From Catajapyx aquilonaris (taxonomy: Eukaryota), in assembly GCA_000934665.2 (NCBI GenBank), contig JYFJ02000031.1, forward strand, positions 62,001-126,000: a stretch of 64,000 bases of DNA. The letters run 5' to 3'. The notes beneath the pieces were generated by a model. The model did no database searches. It was not told where the DNA came from and saw nothing but the letters and a program-made list of their open reading frames with translations. The position numbers and the translations under genes are program-made. Positions 14,001-25,913 of this stretch are shown in pieces; the first letter of the stretch is position 1, and each line of letters starts with the position of its first letter.

Positions 14001-15331
14001 ACCTCCAGAGCGGGATAGGTATCGAGACTGGTGCAAAGCGGCCAGTTCAGACGCCGCCTCCACAGCCACCGTCTGCCCAGGGCAAATGCAATGGGGGAAA
14101 CCAAGCTCCCCCACCCCCTCCGCCACCGCCTCCCCCTCCACAACATCCCAGTAATGGAATGCATCACCATATGACCCATCACATGGCACAAAATCCATAC
14201 ATGGCTACTCCGCCTTTCCCGAAACCACCGTCACCTGGTGCCAATGCAAATGCACAAGCAGCATTTGTGCTGCTTTTGGCAGCCCAAATGCAAGCGGGAG
14301 GCATGGGGCACCACTCGGCTGCCCTTCTAAACAACCCGCAGGTGATGGCTACACTCCAGGGAATGGAGAGGCAACAGGGTCAAGTACAACCAATGGGACC
14401 TCCATCCCCAGGGGGGGCTAGGAATGGCTACAAGAATGGGTATCCAGATGCACGATCACCTGGGCCACCTAAGGTGAGAACAGAACTGGAAAACAATGCC
14501 TTGTGTTTCCGATGAAATTAGTGTAATCATTTCTGAATCCTTCAGATGCCACTACTACCCAATCCAAATGGGACTGAGGAGAATGCGGAGGCCAAGAGTG
14601 CTTTAGGCCACCTGGGAACAAGTCCGGAGCAACTGGCTCTTTGGGCTGCCTTGCTGGCCTCCCAGCAGGATAAAAAACCACCAGTGGCCACTGCGACTAA
14701 ACTGACTTCAAGCCCACCCCCAGCCCTCCAAGAGGCGTTGGACCGCCTTCTGGGAACCCTAGCGGCAGTTTCCAATCCTCAAGACCAACCATCAGTTGCC
14801 CCTCCGCCACCCCCGCCCCCACCGCCTCCTCCTCCTCCACCACCACCCCCGCCTCCACCAGCCATGGCCCTTGGGTTCCCAATGGCGGCCATGCACTCCC
14901 CACTGGCTGGCCTGATTCTCCAAGCGGTGAACCAGACCCCACCTCCGACCACGCAACATCCGGAGACCCCAACGAGCTCCCGGATAATGCGTGCCGTCCC
15001 TCCTCAATGGCCTGGATTATTTTTGTCCCCACCGTACGTGACGCCGGCAGCGAGAATGCAACCTCCGCCGCCTCCAGCCATGTTCCCACCTGGTTTCTGG
15101 AACCAGCCGAGCTTACTGGCAGCAGCCATGGCAGCTGCTGGTCAGTCCCCAACCCAAGGACAGATGATGGGTGCAGGGATGACCACCCCACCCATGGGAC
15201 AGAAGAGGAAGGTGAACCACATCCTGCCCAGTCCCGAGCCCAGCCCAGAAGGCGATTACATTGGGCAGCACTCACAAGGGATAGGGGGGCACTATGCCGA
15301 CTCCTACTTCAAGAAGAAGAAGAAGGCGTAG
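11010..15331 (+). CDS. RAVER: Ribonucleoprotein PTB-binding (RAVER1/2 family), 5' exon(s) not located
   Basis: GT-AG exons 11010-11132, 11194-11362, 11476-11723, 11796-11978, 13079-13169, 13959-14473, 14546-15331 splice in frame. They give tandem RRMs (LLCVARLP...[38 protein letters not shown]...HLRVSY), a Pro-rich middle and the RAVER C-terminal signature [32 protein letters not shown]. Confidence 0.93.
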
Positions 15332-18302
15332 AAAATGACATAGGAGAGTCCCACAGGCAGTTTTTTTTTCCCGTTAACGGAAGGGGTATTTTATTGCGTA
15401 ATTGCAGGATGATTGAAGGGGTGCCATGAGATGGACTGAAGGGTGTTTTGGAATGGCTTGGAACTATTTGCATTTATGATTGTACACACTTTTGTGTTCC
15501 AAATGTGACATGAAATAAGACTTGTCATATCAGACGTAACTTAAAACATTCAGTGTGCAATGGAATCTGGAACCTACTCTAGGTACAAGTCCAAAATACC
15601 CTTCGCATTACGGCTATAACCGGTTAATCCATTTTCAATCTTAATAATTGGGCACTATGGTTCTGAGTATAACTCCAGTACTTGACAAGTGTCACCTCGA
15701 CATTATTACGCAAGATCCGTCTTCATGGCACCTCTCAGGTAACAACTTCTTCCAAGTTGTTCTTCGATCTCCTGCATGGATAGTAACTTAACTGCCCTAC
15801 AATCTCGCCCAACTCCACCCGAAAGCACAACGTATCAACTGAAGCTTTCAGGTGGACCAAAACAGTACATAATTAGAGGGCAGCGACTTATTTACAAAAA
15901 AAAAATGTCCACTGCATTCCAAGCTGAAGTTTTGGTTGCAGACATTAACCTTTAGAGCATTTACGCACTCAAAAAGGTGTCGAGACAACAAAAAAAAATA
16001 ATTTAATCGTTGAAGCCTGCTGCTCCCAAAGTGCCTTTGGTTATTTTCGCTGCATTTCTTTTGCCAGCTTTACGCCTTTGTTACAAGCAGAGCATCAGAA
16101 AATAAATTTTAAAAAAATAGTGTGGTGGGGGAGGAAAAGCAAGTCATGCAATGTCCAAAAAATGCTAATCGTTATAATGCAAAAGGGTTGACATGTCGCC
16201 ATGGAATTCCTCTTTTAATCCTTTCTTTTTGTACCTGTTTCGAGGAGGTGTATTTTACTACTGAGTGTTGTAACCCATATGGGGAAATGCATGGGTCTCT
16301 TTTATACCCACATACAAACTTTGCGCATTGTGCTGTAACCTTCAATTGACTATCACTTGATAATGGCGACTTGCAGAGGAGTGAGGGAAACGGAGCGAAA
16401 AATTGCAACATTAACAATTGGACAAGAGAAAGAGTGGTATCCGCTGACAATAATTCCCAAAAGGCTGTCATCTCGTACCTTTAAACAAAAGAACCAGAGA
16501 ATCCCCTCGAGTCACCACCTAGGCTATGTTTTATAAGCACATGAAGGTAGTTATAGTAAATTGAATACCTATATATTATCTGACCACGTGCCTACCTTTT
16601 AGGGTATNCCCCCCCCCCCCCCCCTCCCAATCCTCCTCCACTTTATAATGAAAAAAAAAATTAGCCCGCAGTCACAACAATGTGAGATAGGCAAAAGGTC
16701 TTAAAAACTGAACACGTGGCACAAAAAGGCATATATTTAACCACCTAATAACCATGTGTGTGAGTTAGTATGGTCGTGATGGATATTGTAGTTGGGGACA
16801 TGGCAAAAGCTAATATATTGAAATGACTCCCCCTCCCCCCTTTGGTCCATAGGAAAGTAACAAAAAAAAAAAAGAAAGGGAAAAAGCAAGGAGTTTGTGC
16901 AGAGCAGTTCCTAAGACCCCCCAAAAATAATAGGAAAATATTAATAAAATAATAATAAATCAGTCATAGTTTTATATCTGGGGCAAAAGAACCAGGGATG
17001 CAACCTCTTCGATCCCTATAGTTAGCTTTTTAATTTATGTGACCTCTTTTTCTCTCGTAGCGAACAAGGCTCCCGGTGTGTCTCCAAAAAAAATTATGTG
17101 GGGGAAATGATGTAGCCCTGAACTTAACAAAGAGTTTATATTTTGACAACAAGTGACCCCCTGCCCCCGCCCCTCCCACCGCTTCTCATTCGCACTTCTC
17201 ATTCCATGTGACTTGTTCTCAGGTTAATTTATTACGGCAGTAGTCGGGGAGTTGGGCTTGGGGGTGACGGGGAAAAAACGCAAGTCGTTGAGAACAAATC
17301 TTCACTTTCTTCCTTTTTTTGATATAGGGAATTTTAAAAAGTAATGTAAAATGGGGGGTGCGGTTGGGTGCCTTCAGTTTCCGCTTCTGTAAAAGTATAA
17401 CACACCCCTAATCATTGGTATCTCGCAGTAACTTGGTAAACGAGGCCGTTTTTTGTAGCCTGTCGTCGCCTTCCCTTCCATAAACTTTTGACTTTTCGTA
17501 GACATAGGTTTCCATCTGAACCATTCCATGTAGTGGTCATAAGGATATATTTAAGTAAACAATGCAATGTTGGTTTTTTTTTGTCTGTTTTTGTTTTCTC
17601 ATCTTTTTGTTGGTCCCACACCCCATGTGGAAGAAAATCATGTACTGCACTGCTTTTTATATACATATGTATTCCTATATACTGTATATATACCTGCATA
17701 CAGTGTTTGAAAGAGTACTTTTGTTTTTAATTATTACTCCTGGAGGATGCAACATTAAAAAAAAAATGCATGTAAGACATGAATGAAATGATTAAAGGCA
17801 TGTGGCCTACTTGTGGCACATTTGAGTCCAGTTGGTTTTCCTTCTTTTAAATAGCAATGAGGCAGGTTAATCCCGCAGCTGCTGCTTTATTAATTATTAC
17901 CGTCCATCGAGATATGTAAGCAACAGTCCCCAAAGTGGCAGCATGAGAGGTAAATTTTACTTGCATTAGAGAAAAATTGAAATACCTATCCCTGGTTGAG
18001 GGCTGACATTCACACGAGAGAACTTCGCAATGACACACTCCCTAACTACGGTACTGCTTCCTAATGAAAAAGGTGTAACCACAACTCCTTCGAGTACAAA
18101 AATACTTCGCAGCTGCATAACTCTACGCATTCCAATAAACAGAAATTTTTAAGAACCTGCTGGAATATTAATTATCTTTTTTTTTCCGCCTATGAGTAAA
18201 CAAAAGCCACAGTCACCATCATCGGAATAATTCACAATGAGTCTTTAAAAAACCATATCCACCCTATTGCCCACTCACACAAGTTCGTCATTTAACATCC
18301 TT

Positions 18303-21300
18303 TCACTTCGGAGCATCGCCTGATCCCTCTGGAGCGGAATCGTCTCCTGGTTGATTGTTGGGCCCTCCTCCATTTGGATTTCCAGCTCCACCCATCTGCT
18401 GTCTGAGTTGCTCCACTAGCTGCGGATTGGCCGACTGCATCTGCTGCGCTAGGTGTTGCCCCCTGGAAGTGCAGTTGCAAAGTACTAGTGGTTCCAATGG
18501 GCCAAAGGGCTCGCAAATTACGTAATGATCCTAAAATTTCGCACATTCTAATCAGTTGCATGCATCTAGAGTGAAAATCAGCACGTGAAAAGGCATTTAG
18601 GATGATGCAATGAGAAAGATGGGGTGACAAAATTACAACAGGTAGGCCTAATTACCTATTTACACATAAGCAGGATGTGACCTTTATGGTCAGTGCCAAG
18701 CCTATTTGCAACAAGAACCAACATTTTCGACTGGACAACAACTTCCACTTTTGTCTAGGTAATATGTGTTTGCTCTTCCTGCAAATTAGTGGCAGTCCCC
18801 ACAACCTGGGGACCTATTAGGGTGGCAACAGGTCAAGTCACTTCCTGAATATTCCATCCCACCATGAACTACTAATTCTCCAGGCACCGTTGCTCACAGG
18901 CATTCAACTTGACCCAGAGGAGGTTCTGTTGCAGACTCTGCATTCTCCTCTGCAATCTTTCCCCAATGCTCTCCAGCACAGGTCAGTTCGCAGTTGCTAA
19001 TACACTCAACACCAGCCTGACAGGCATGACCCATGGATATGACCCTAAGCGTAATTCCTGGAGAACCTTCTTCAAACACTGCGAAAAGGTTATTAAGAAT
19101 TCAAAGTACATACGCTTGTAGAAGAGCATCCATACTGTTCCCGCCTTGATTCATGTTGCCTGCCATAATGTTGCTCATCCTGTCAAGTAACGGGCTAGGT
19201 TTTAAAGCACAAAAGGAAGCTGTGTCGGTTAACGTAATGCTAGCGGTTTCCTAGTGAAACCAATGGACAACATATCTAAAGTGAAGCCTTAGGACCAATA
19301 CACAATGTAACAATGTGTCAGTTTTTTTTTTCCTTTTAAACATCCGAATTTGTAGTTTCCCTATGCCATGAATGTGTCCATGCCTTAATTTACAGAAAAT
19401 CTATCCGTGTAATACTTTGAAGAACATTCTAAGTCACATCTAAAAACAATTTCACAAAACTGGTCTATCATTACACAGTGTATGCGGTCCAGGGGGAAAA
19501 TAACTATGCCTAAATCAATTACAAGATGAGTAACAGCAAATTAACGTAATGTGAATTGTGTTTCCAGAAACGGCAACTTCCGCTATGTTTTCCCCCTCCC
19601 TCTCAGGCTTCAAAAGTGAGGTTAATGGTGTCCTCCTACCAAAAATGGCACATATGTACATTGCAGTAAGATAGTATTTCCTACTAGTTGTCTGCCCCAA
19701 ATGACCTCATTGAATATGCAAATGTGACTTTAGTAGGACACCATAATCTGGTACCAAATGTAATAAAAATAAAAGACTCTTACACTTGCTGCATGTTGGG
19801 ATCAGTGAGCAGCTGAGAAGCCATATTCATAAAGGACGGGTTGGACAATAACTTGTTGAGGTCCATCCCAGGAAGACCACCTGCAGCTCCTCCACCTCCG
19901 CCTGCCCCTGCCCCACCAGCCCCTCTGCCGAGCAATCCTCCCAGTCCACCCAAGCCACCAAGGCCTCCCAGTCCACCCAACCCAGCAGCGCTCCCCGAGT
20001 TACCAGTTGGGTTCTGCAGGTGCGTGTCAGCAGCCTGCAGTGAGTTGCGGTAGCTCTCGTTGTTGGGCTCCATTTGCAGAGCCTTCTGGTAGCAATCACG
20101 AGCATCCTTGTATTGATTCATGCTGGCATAGGCCAACCTGGAGGAAAAAATTTAGCAATAAATAGCAATTCTGCCTTTCTTTCACGCAGTTTTAAATCAA
20201 GGCTCAGAGTTGAGAAGAGTGATTATTTTCTCTAAAGGCATACCATGCACAACATAAGCAAAATGCCAGACAGTCCTTTGATGTTTGAAAAGCAGGTGCA
20301 ACCACACAAATCTGTTAACAATGAACTGAGGCGCTCAGAGGAAAAACGGCATATCCCAACCGGAGTTCATTTTGAGAACAACGGCTTTTTGTGTTGCAAG
20401 TGAATAGGATTTTCCATTGCGGACCAATTTTACAAGTGGAATATGAGAGCTTTGGGATATCCCTATTTATTTTGGACTTCAGCACCTGATAGGTAGATGG
20501 CAGGAGAGTACAAAAGCACTACAATCTCAAAATTGGAAGTCGGTTGGGATATGCCTCACCACCCTGTTCGAACAGGGTGGTCAGAAACTGGTGCACTCTA
20601 TCAATTGTACATGTGAGTTCAATGCATTAGAAGAGCCGCTAAATTGACACTTGTGGAAGTTCACACACCTCTCTTGACAAGAAGTGTTGTCATAAGTTGT
20701 TACACATACATACCCCATCCTGCCATATGCCTTGCTGTATGACGGGTCAATTTTCAGTGCCATCTTGCAATCCTCAATCGCATCCATTGGCTTTCCAACC
20801 TGGTTGAGGGAAGCCGCTCGGTTGCAGTAATACACTGCATTCCTTCCATCCAGCTGGATTGCCCTGGAAATACACATTATGTAATAACAGTATCCTTTCC
20901 TTTCAAAAATATTCATTGCCATATCAAGAACATCCTGGTACTGTATCATCAAATTTGAATAAAATTGCTAAGGTCTTTTACATTTGAGTCTGCTTGAGGC
21001 CACACATATTACAGATCTATGCACCATTGCTTTCTTGGAGTAAAGAAGCCAACAGGCATTAGACACGCAACAGCTACTGTAACTGTTTAAAAAAATAATT
21101 AATAATTATTTATCAGCTTGTAACTCAACAACTCTATTGCTAATCTTGTTCATGTTACGAGGTCCCCGGATATCCCAGATGCTCACATTACATGATAGGG
21201 ATTTTATGTCCACCACAATCAATGCAATAAGAAGCTTGATTTCATCCTCTTGCATGCGTGCTGCATGATTTTAGAACCAGCGCAATGCAAACCTATAAAA

Positions 21301-22743
21301 CTGAGTTTTACCACTGCTATCCTACCATCAGACACTTGGATTTCACTTGTATCACACCCCAAGACCTTCAGTTAATAAAAAAGCTTAGATTAAAAAAACA
21401 CACAGTGTGCAGATGTGATCTCCCCTTACCTAGTGTAGAATGACAGTGCTTCTTCATACTTGTCTGCCCTCATGCATGTATTACCCTCCGCCTTGAGCCT
21501 TTCTGCCTCAGCCTTGTCTTCTTCGGATGGTTCTGGTAGAGGCTCAGATTTCTGCAAGAGAATAACTGCCATCTCAATATCGCTTGTAAAACTCCCAAGT
21601 AATACACTAGCATTTCTAATACCAATCTTCTTAATGGTCACGAAGTTGATTCAAAACAATTAATGCTGCTTTAAAATTTATGGTGAAGCTACACTAATAA
21701 CACCTGCATAATTAAACCTGTTACATGTGAGCAACATTTGTGGTGTGCACTGGCCAGCATTTCATTAAATTAGTCAACATGGTCTATTGACACCTAGTCA
21801 CTAGACATGACCTTTCATGTCATGGAGTGAAAGGATGAAGTTCATGATCAGCCCCAGCAACTCCCTCCCCATTTGCATGCGCTTAACAGGTCTCTACCAC
21901 CCCGGATTTGAAGCTTCTGGCGCTCCACTGTCACCTACCGATTCGGGCGGCTGGCGGAGAACTGTGTGAATGTGCTGGGGAAAGAAAGGTTTGGGTTGGT
22001 TCAGAAGGTGTCCACCTGAATCCCTTGGTGACAGTGGGGTGACGATGGAGTGACTGCAGCGCCAAATCCGGGGTGGCGTAGACTCGTTAAGCACACAGTA
22101 CAGTCCTTAAACCAAAGACGATCTGACGTCACGTTCAGCTCTGCCTCCACCCAGCTCTTCCCTCTTCTCATGTCCTTGAATTGCTCTGCAAGCGTATTAC
22201 TGTGCAGGCTCACAAAACACGGCTGGTGTGACGTCAGATCATTCTTTGGTTTAAAGCAACGGTTCTTAACCAGGGGTGCGCGGTGGCTCCTCTGGGGGTG
22301 CAGCCACCCCGGACTCAGTCTAACTATGAACTTAATGAATCATGGGGTGCGACGAGGACCAACTGTCTTCAAAGGGGTGCGGAGGCCAGAAAAGGTTAAG
22401 AACCCCTGGTTTAAAGGACTGTAGTCCCCATAAGGCGAGGGTATGAGTTGCGAGGGGCTGCTCATGATCACTTTTGGTGTCTCAACCGCATTCTTCAAAC
22501 GCTATCCCTCATCCCAAACCTAAACCCCACTACGCTTACCACCCTGAGTCCATCAGCGAACACCTCAGTGAGCGCCTTCCCACAGTCCATCAACGCATCC
22601 TGCTGCCCCACGCCAAACGCAGACTCCAGGCACTGCACAGCCACCTCCAGGCTCTCCTTAGCATCGGAGGTCAGCTGTCCAGCCTCCCTCTGATCATTCA
22701 GAAACCGGATGATGGACACCACCAGCCTCTTAACATCCGACAT
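18303..22743 (-). CDS. SGT: Small glutamine-rich TPR co-chaperone (SGTA/SGTB)
   Basis: Exons 22743-22540, (optional 21974-21939), 21551-21430, 20863-20714, 20137-19784, 19179-19114, 18462-18303. N-terminal dimerisation domain (KRLVVSIIRFL...ESLEVAVQCLESAF), three TPRs (AERLKAEGN; NAVYYCNRAA; YSKAYGRMGLAY) and C-terminal GQHLAQQMQSANPQLVEQLRQQM. Confidence 0.95.
20348..20555. mobile_element. MITE with ~30-bp imperfect terminal inverted repeats, in SGT intron
   Basis: ggcatatcccaaccggagttcattttgaga versus tctcaaaattggaagtcggttgggatatgcc. Confidence 0.6.
22257..22408. mobile_element. Non-autonomous hAT (Charlie/MER5-like) MITE in SGT intron
   Basis: TIRs caacggttcttaacc / ggttaagaacccctg flanked by a perfect 8-bp duplication gtttaaag (22249-22256 and 22409-22416). 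An 8-bp TSD with CAG-type termini is typical of hAT. Confidence 0.85.
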
Positions 22744-23366
22744 CCCGCTACCGTTATAATTTAATCCGCTGCAAGTAAATGCACAGTCAGTACTGTTCTA
22801 AAAGTGAGTCCAGCTGTTTATCACTCAGCCCCGGAGTGCAGTGTGCCTTCATGCCTGTGCCAACTCACCTGTTCTATGGAACTCCCTGCACCCTTCCGAA
22901 TATCAGGATCGACCCTGGGCGAGCGCGGGGCAGTGCGGTCCTTCCTTGCAGCAGGCAGTGGTGAGAGGCCGCTGGACTCACGCCACTCATGCAGATTCCT
23001 CTCCTCATCCAAGGTAATCACGTTGCAAGATGGCGGCCTCGAGGAGTCCTTGCCGACTCCTTGCCCTACACTAGGGCCAGGTGGCAGCACAGGGCCAGGA
23101 GAGCAAATCACGCCGTATGGATTTGAGAGGAGGTATTCCAGGCATTTGGGATTATGGGAGGATAAAATACCGGGGACTCAAGGCAGTTGAACCCACGCAC
23201 ACTATTCGGGGGTTCAAATATTTATTGGGAGGTGGATTTTATCTAAGCAGGAAGCGGCCCATTTGCTGGGCATGCTGGGCGTTAGATAACGATAGTCACC
23301 TGTGCTAGCCCCTTTATTAGTATACAAAAACTAGTGAACCAGTTTGCCAAAATTTGGCAGTACTCA

Positions 23367-23567
23367 TACGCTATTTCTCTCCATCGGATGTTTGGCCCAT
23401 TTGCCGATTTACCATGTAGTATTATTCTTCGCGCATAGATGGCGCACCATTCCTCTGGACACTGCTGCCACAAGTCCTGCGAGAGATAGTGGTACCAAGA
23501 GCTAATATTAGCTCTTGGTGGTACTAATCAAATCGGACAAACATCCGACGGAGAGAAACAGCGTATT
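23367..23567. mobile_element. MITE with ~38-bp terminal inverted repeats
   Basis: tacgctatttctctccatcggatgtttggcccatttg versus caaatcggacaaacatccgacggagagaaacagcgta. A related half-arm occurs at ~58333-58365. Confidence 0.7.
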
Positions 23568-25305
23568 AGAAGAAAAATGAGCAATTTTTAATGCCAAAAA
23601 CATTATGTACCGGTAACTAAACAGAACGTCAGAACGGATATGAGAAGAAGCAAAAAAAAAACACACACAGATACGACCAAGAGTGATACGACTTATGGCA
23701 ATTTTTTAACGAGCGCAACTGAGTGCGCACCACAGTTAGCGCAGCCTGCACGGTTGACATTNGGGGGCATCTACGTTTGCGACGTTGCCAAAGCTATGGA
23801 ACGAATCTCAGAGGCTACGGGTATGAATTTGGCGCCTGGGGAGTAACTCTGGCAACGTTGTTGTCAGAACGGAGCTGCGCGAGTGTGGGTGCGCACTCGG
23901 TTGATAAATCTAGTGGTCTAAAATTGAACTATAACATCCATCCGGAACAAACAAGTGCTGATTGAACATGCCAAAATTGTTGAGAGGCTGAAACGTACGG
24001 GCTGACAAGAAACTAACGTGTACTAAAACGCAGTTTCCTTTATTTGATATTGCGTTGTAGACGTAAAATCAAAGTACAATTCACCTGACGTAGCAAAACA
24101 TCTTGTTTTTTTCAGCCATTGTCCTGGGTGTTTGCTAAAAAAAATTATTCGCATTGCCATCTTATTTAATGCATCGCTAATAAGCAAGTACAGACCTAAT
24201 TCAAAAAAAGCTGGTTACCATTGCGGTCCGGTGTAGAATAGCAATGCAAATTTTTTTTCACGAGTACATTATTTTTTTAAACTTACACAAACACTATTTT
24301 GGTAACATTTAGTTTGTACTGTCAACAACTACAGGGCGGTCCATTTCTAGTGCCGCTGAACTTTGAGCCAAAATTTGGGTGATCTCCCACACGTTTATCA
24401 CTGGTGAAGCATGACTCAAGCTGTGTTTTTTTTTTAATAATAAATTATTTTAAAATTAAGGCCCTACAATATATTGTACGCCACATTATAATTTAATAAG
24501 CTTTTTTTAAGCTAAAAGCTGCAATTCCCTATACAACGCGCTGCAAGTCTCAATAACATTGGTAATAAAACCAATAATAATTTAACATGATTATGTTACA
24601 ACTTATTACATGTTTTTTAAAAGTAATCTCCACTTTCATTCAAAGAGAATGTATATTTAGATGTAAATATATTGTTCACTGTTCTTATTCGATGCAGAGC
24701 ATAATAAGGCCACTCTATCGGTCATAATTAACTTTTTAAATCCCGCGAATAATTTATTATTATTGTTGGTAACTTGAAACATCTCAAAAAATATATATAC
24801 ATTTTTTGTCGTCAATATTATGATATCCGCAGCATGTGAACTGTTACGTTCTCTCGTCATGAAAATAACCCGTCATTATTTGCCAAGTACAAGTGAACGT
24901 TCAAGATGGAAGGTGGAAAGAGATTACAATATTTAATCTTGGGATGAAGCTACATTTAGTTTTGCATAGGACGGTTCCCAAGAAACAACAATGAGGAATT
25001 GTTGCAAGTTATATAAAATGTAAACATTCATTTGATTTGCGAGTGGATGAAAATTTGCAATCAATGAAAATATATGCTGTAGTTGTTAGACAACCTGCAT
25101 TGCTCCATCTTATTCGTCGTGTAATTCTCCATTACGAATGAAAAGCTCGCTTTTTCTGATAGTCAGTTATTTGGGCAGGGGTATGAGGAAAGGGAAGCCT
25201 ATAGAAAAGAGCTCCGCTTATAGTTATTGCATTCAAAACCTGATCGGCCATTGGAAATCGATGACAAATTGAGGGGATAATCTCTTTTGTTGTGGGAAAG
25301 CCTCC

Positions 25306-25309
<4 letters not shown>

Positions 25310-25362
<53 letters not shown>
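25310..25362. repeat. (TA)n microsatellite
   Basis: Pure TA run seen directly. Confidence 0.97.
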
Positions 25363-25366
<4 letters not shown>

Positions 25367-25913
25367 AAATGTTGCACTGCAAGGTGTGTGTGTGTCTGTG
25401 TTTGTTGACATCGCGTTGGTCCCACATTACGTCCGTAATATCCATTCAAATGTGAGAGATTCGATCAGGGAGATATGAGCCCAACTTAATATTGCCATAA
25501 ATTCCTGTATTTGGAGTTTCTGCGCCTCATACGCTTAAACGCTGAAAAGTGCCAAGTGTATCGGTATGTTCACACTGAAACTTCCAAACTTTAGTAGCAA
25601 CGTATATAGGGAAGCATGGTCGCATGTGTCGTTGTAGCAATGAGCGAAAGGCATGTCGAAAGATCAAGCAGAAGCCCGGCCACAACAGGAAGGGACTTAG
25701 GAAGCTTAGCAGTCACGTCAGAAATTAAAAAAGTTCCAACTAAGCCTCGGTCGCACGACCAGACGCAAAGCGTCTGGTCGTGCGACCGAGGCTCAAATCG
25801 CGAGGGCGTAAACAGGCCTCTAAAGATGGTAGTTTCCGGGTTGGTCGTGTGAACACTCAGCGTTTCGGTGTGGAGCAGAAACTCCTTCTTTGAGACATTA
25901 CTAACGATATTCG

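Noticed and set aside
14542..15429. Alternative-frame and antisense ORFs over the last RAVER exon
   Set aside because: Shadows of Pro-rich GC-rich coding sequence.
22804..23190. ORFs upstream of SGT
   Set aside because: No recognisable protein; the minus-strand donor near 22868 fits an SGT 5' UTR exon.
306..23762. Single n characters at 306, 2938, 7315, 16608 and 23762
   Set aside because: Assembly ambiguities or collapsed gaps, often beside homopolymers; not biological, but they limit inference across them.
25132..25478. ORFs with YIYIYI runs
   Set aside because: Artefact of the (TA)n microsatellite.
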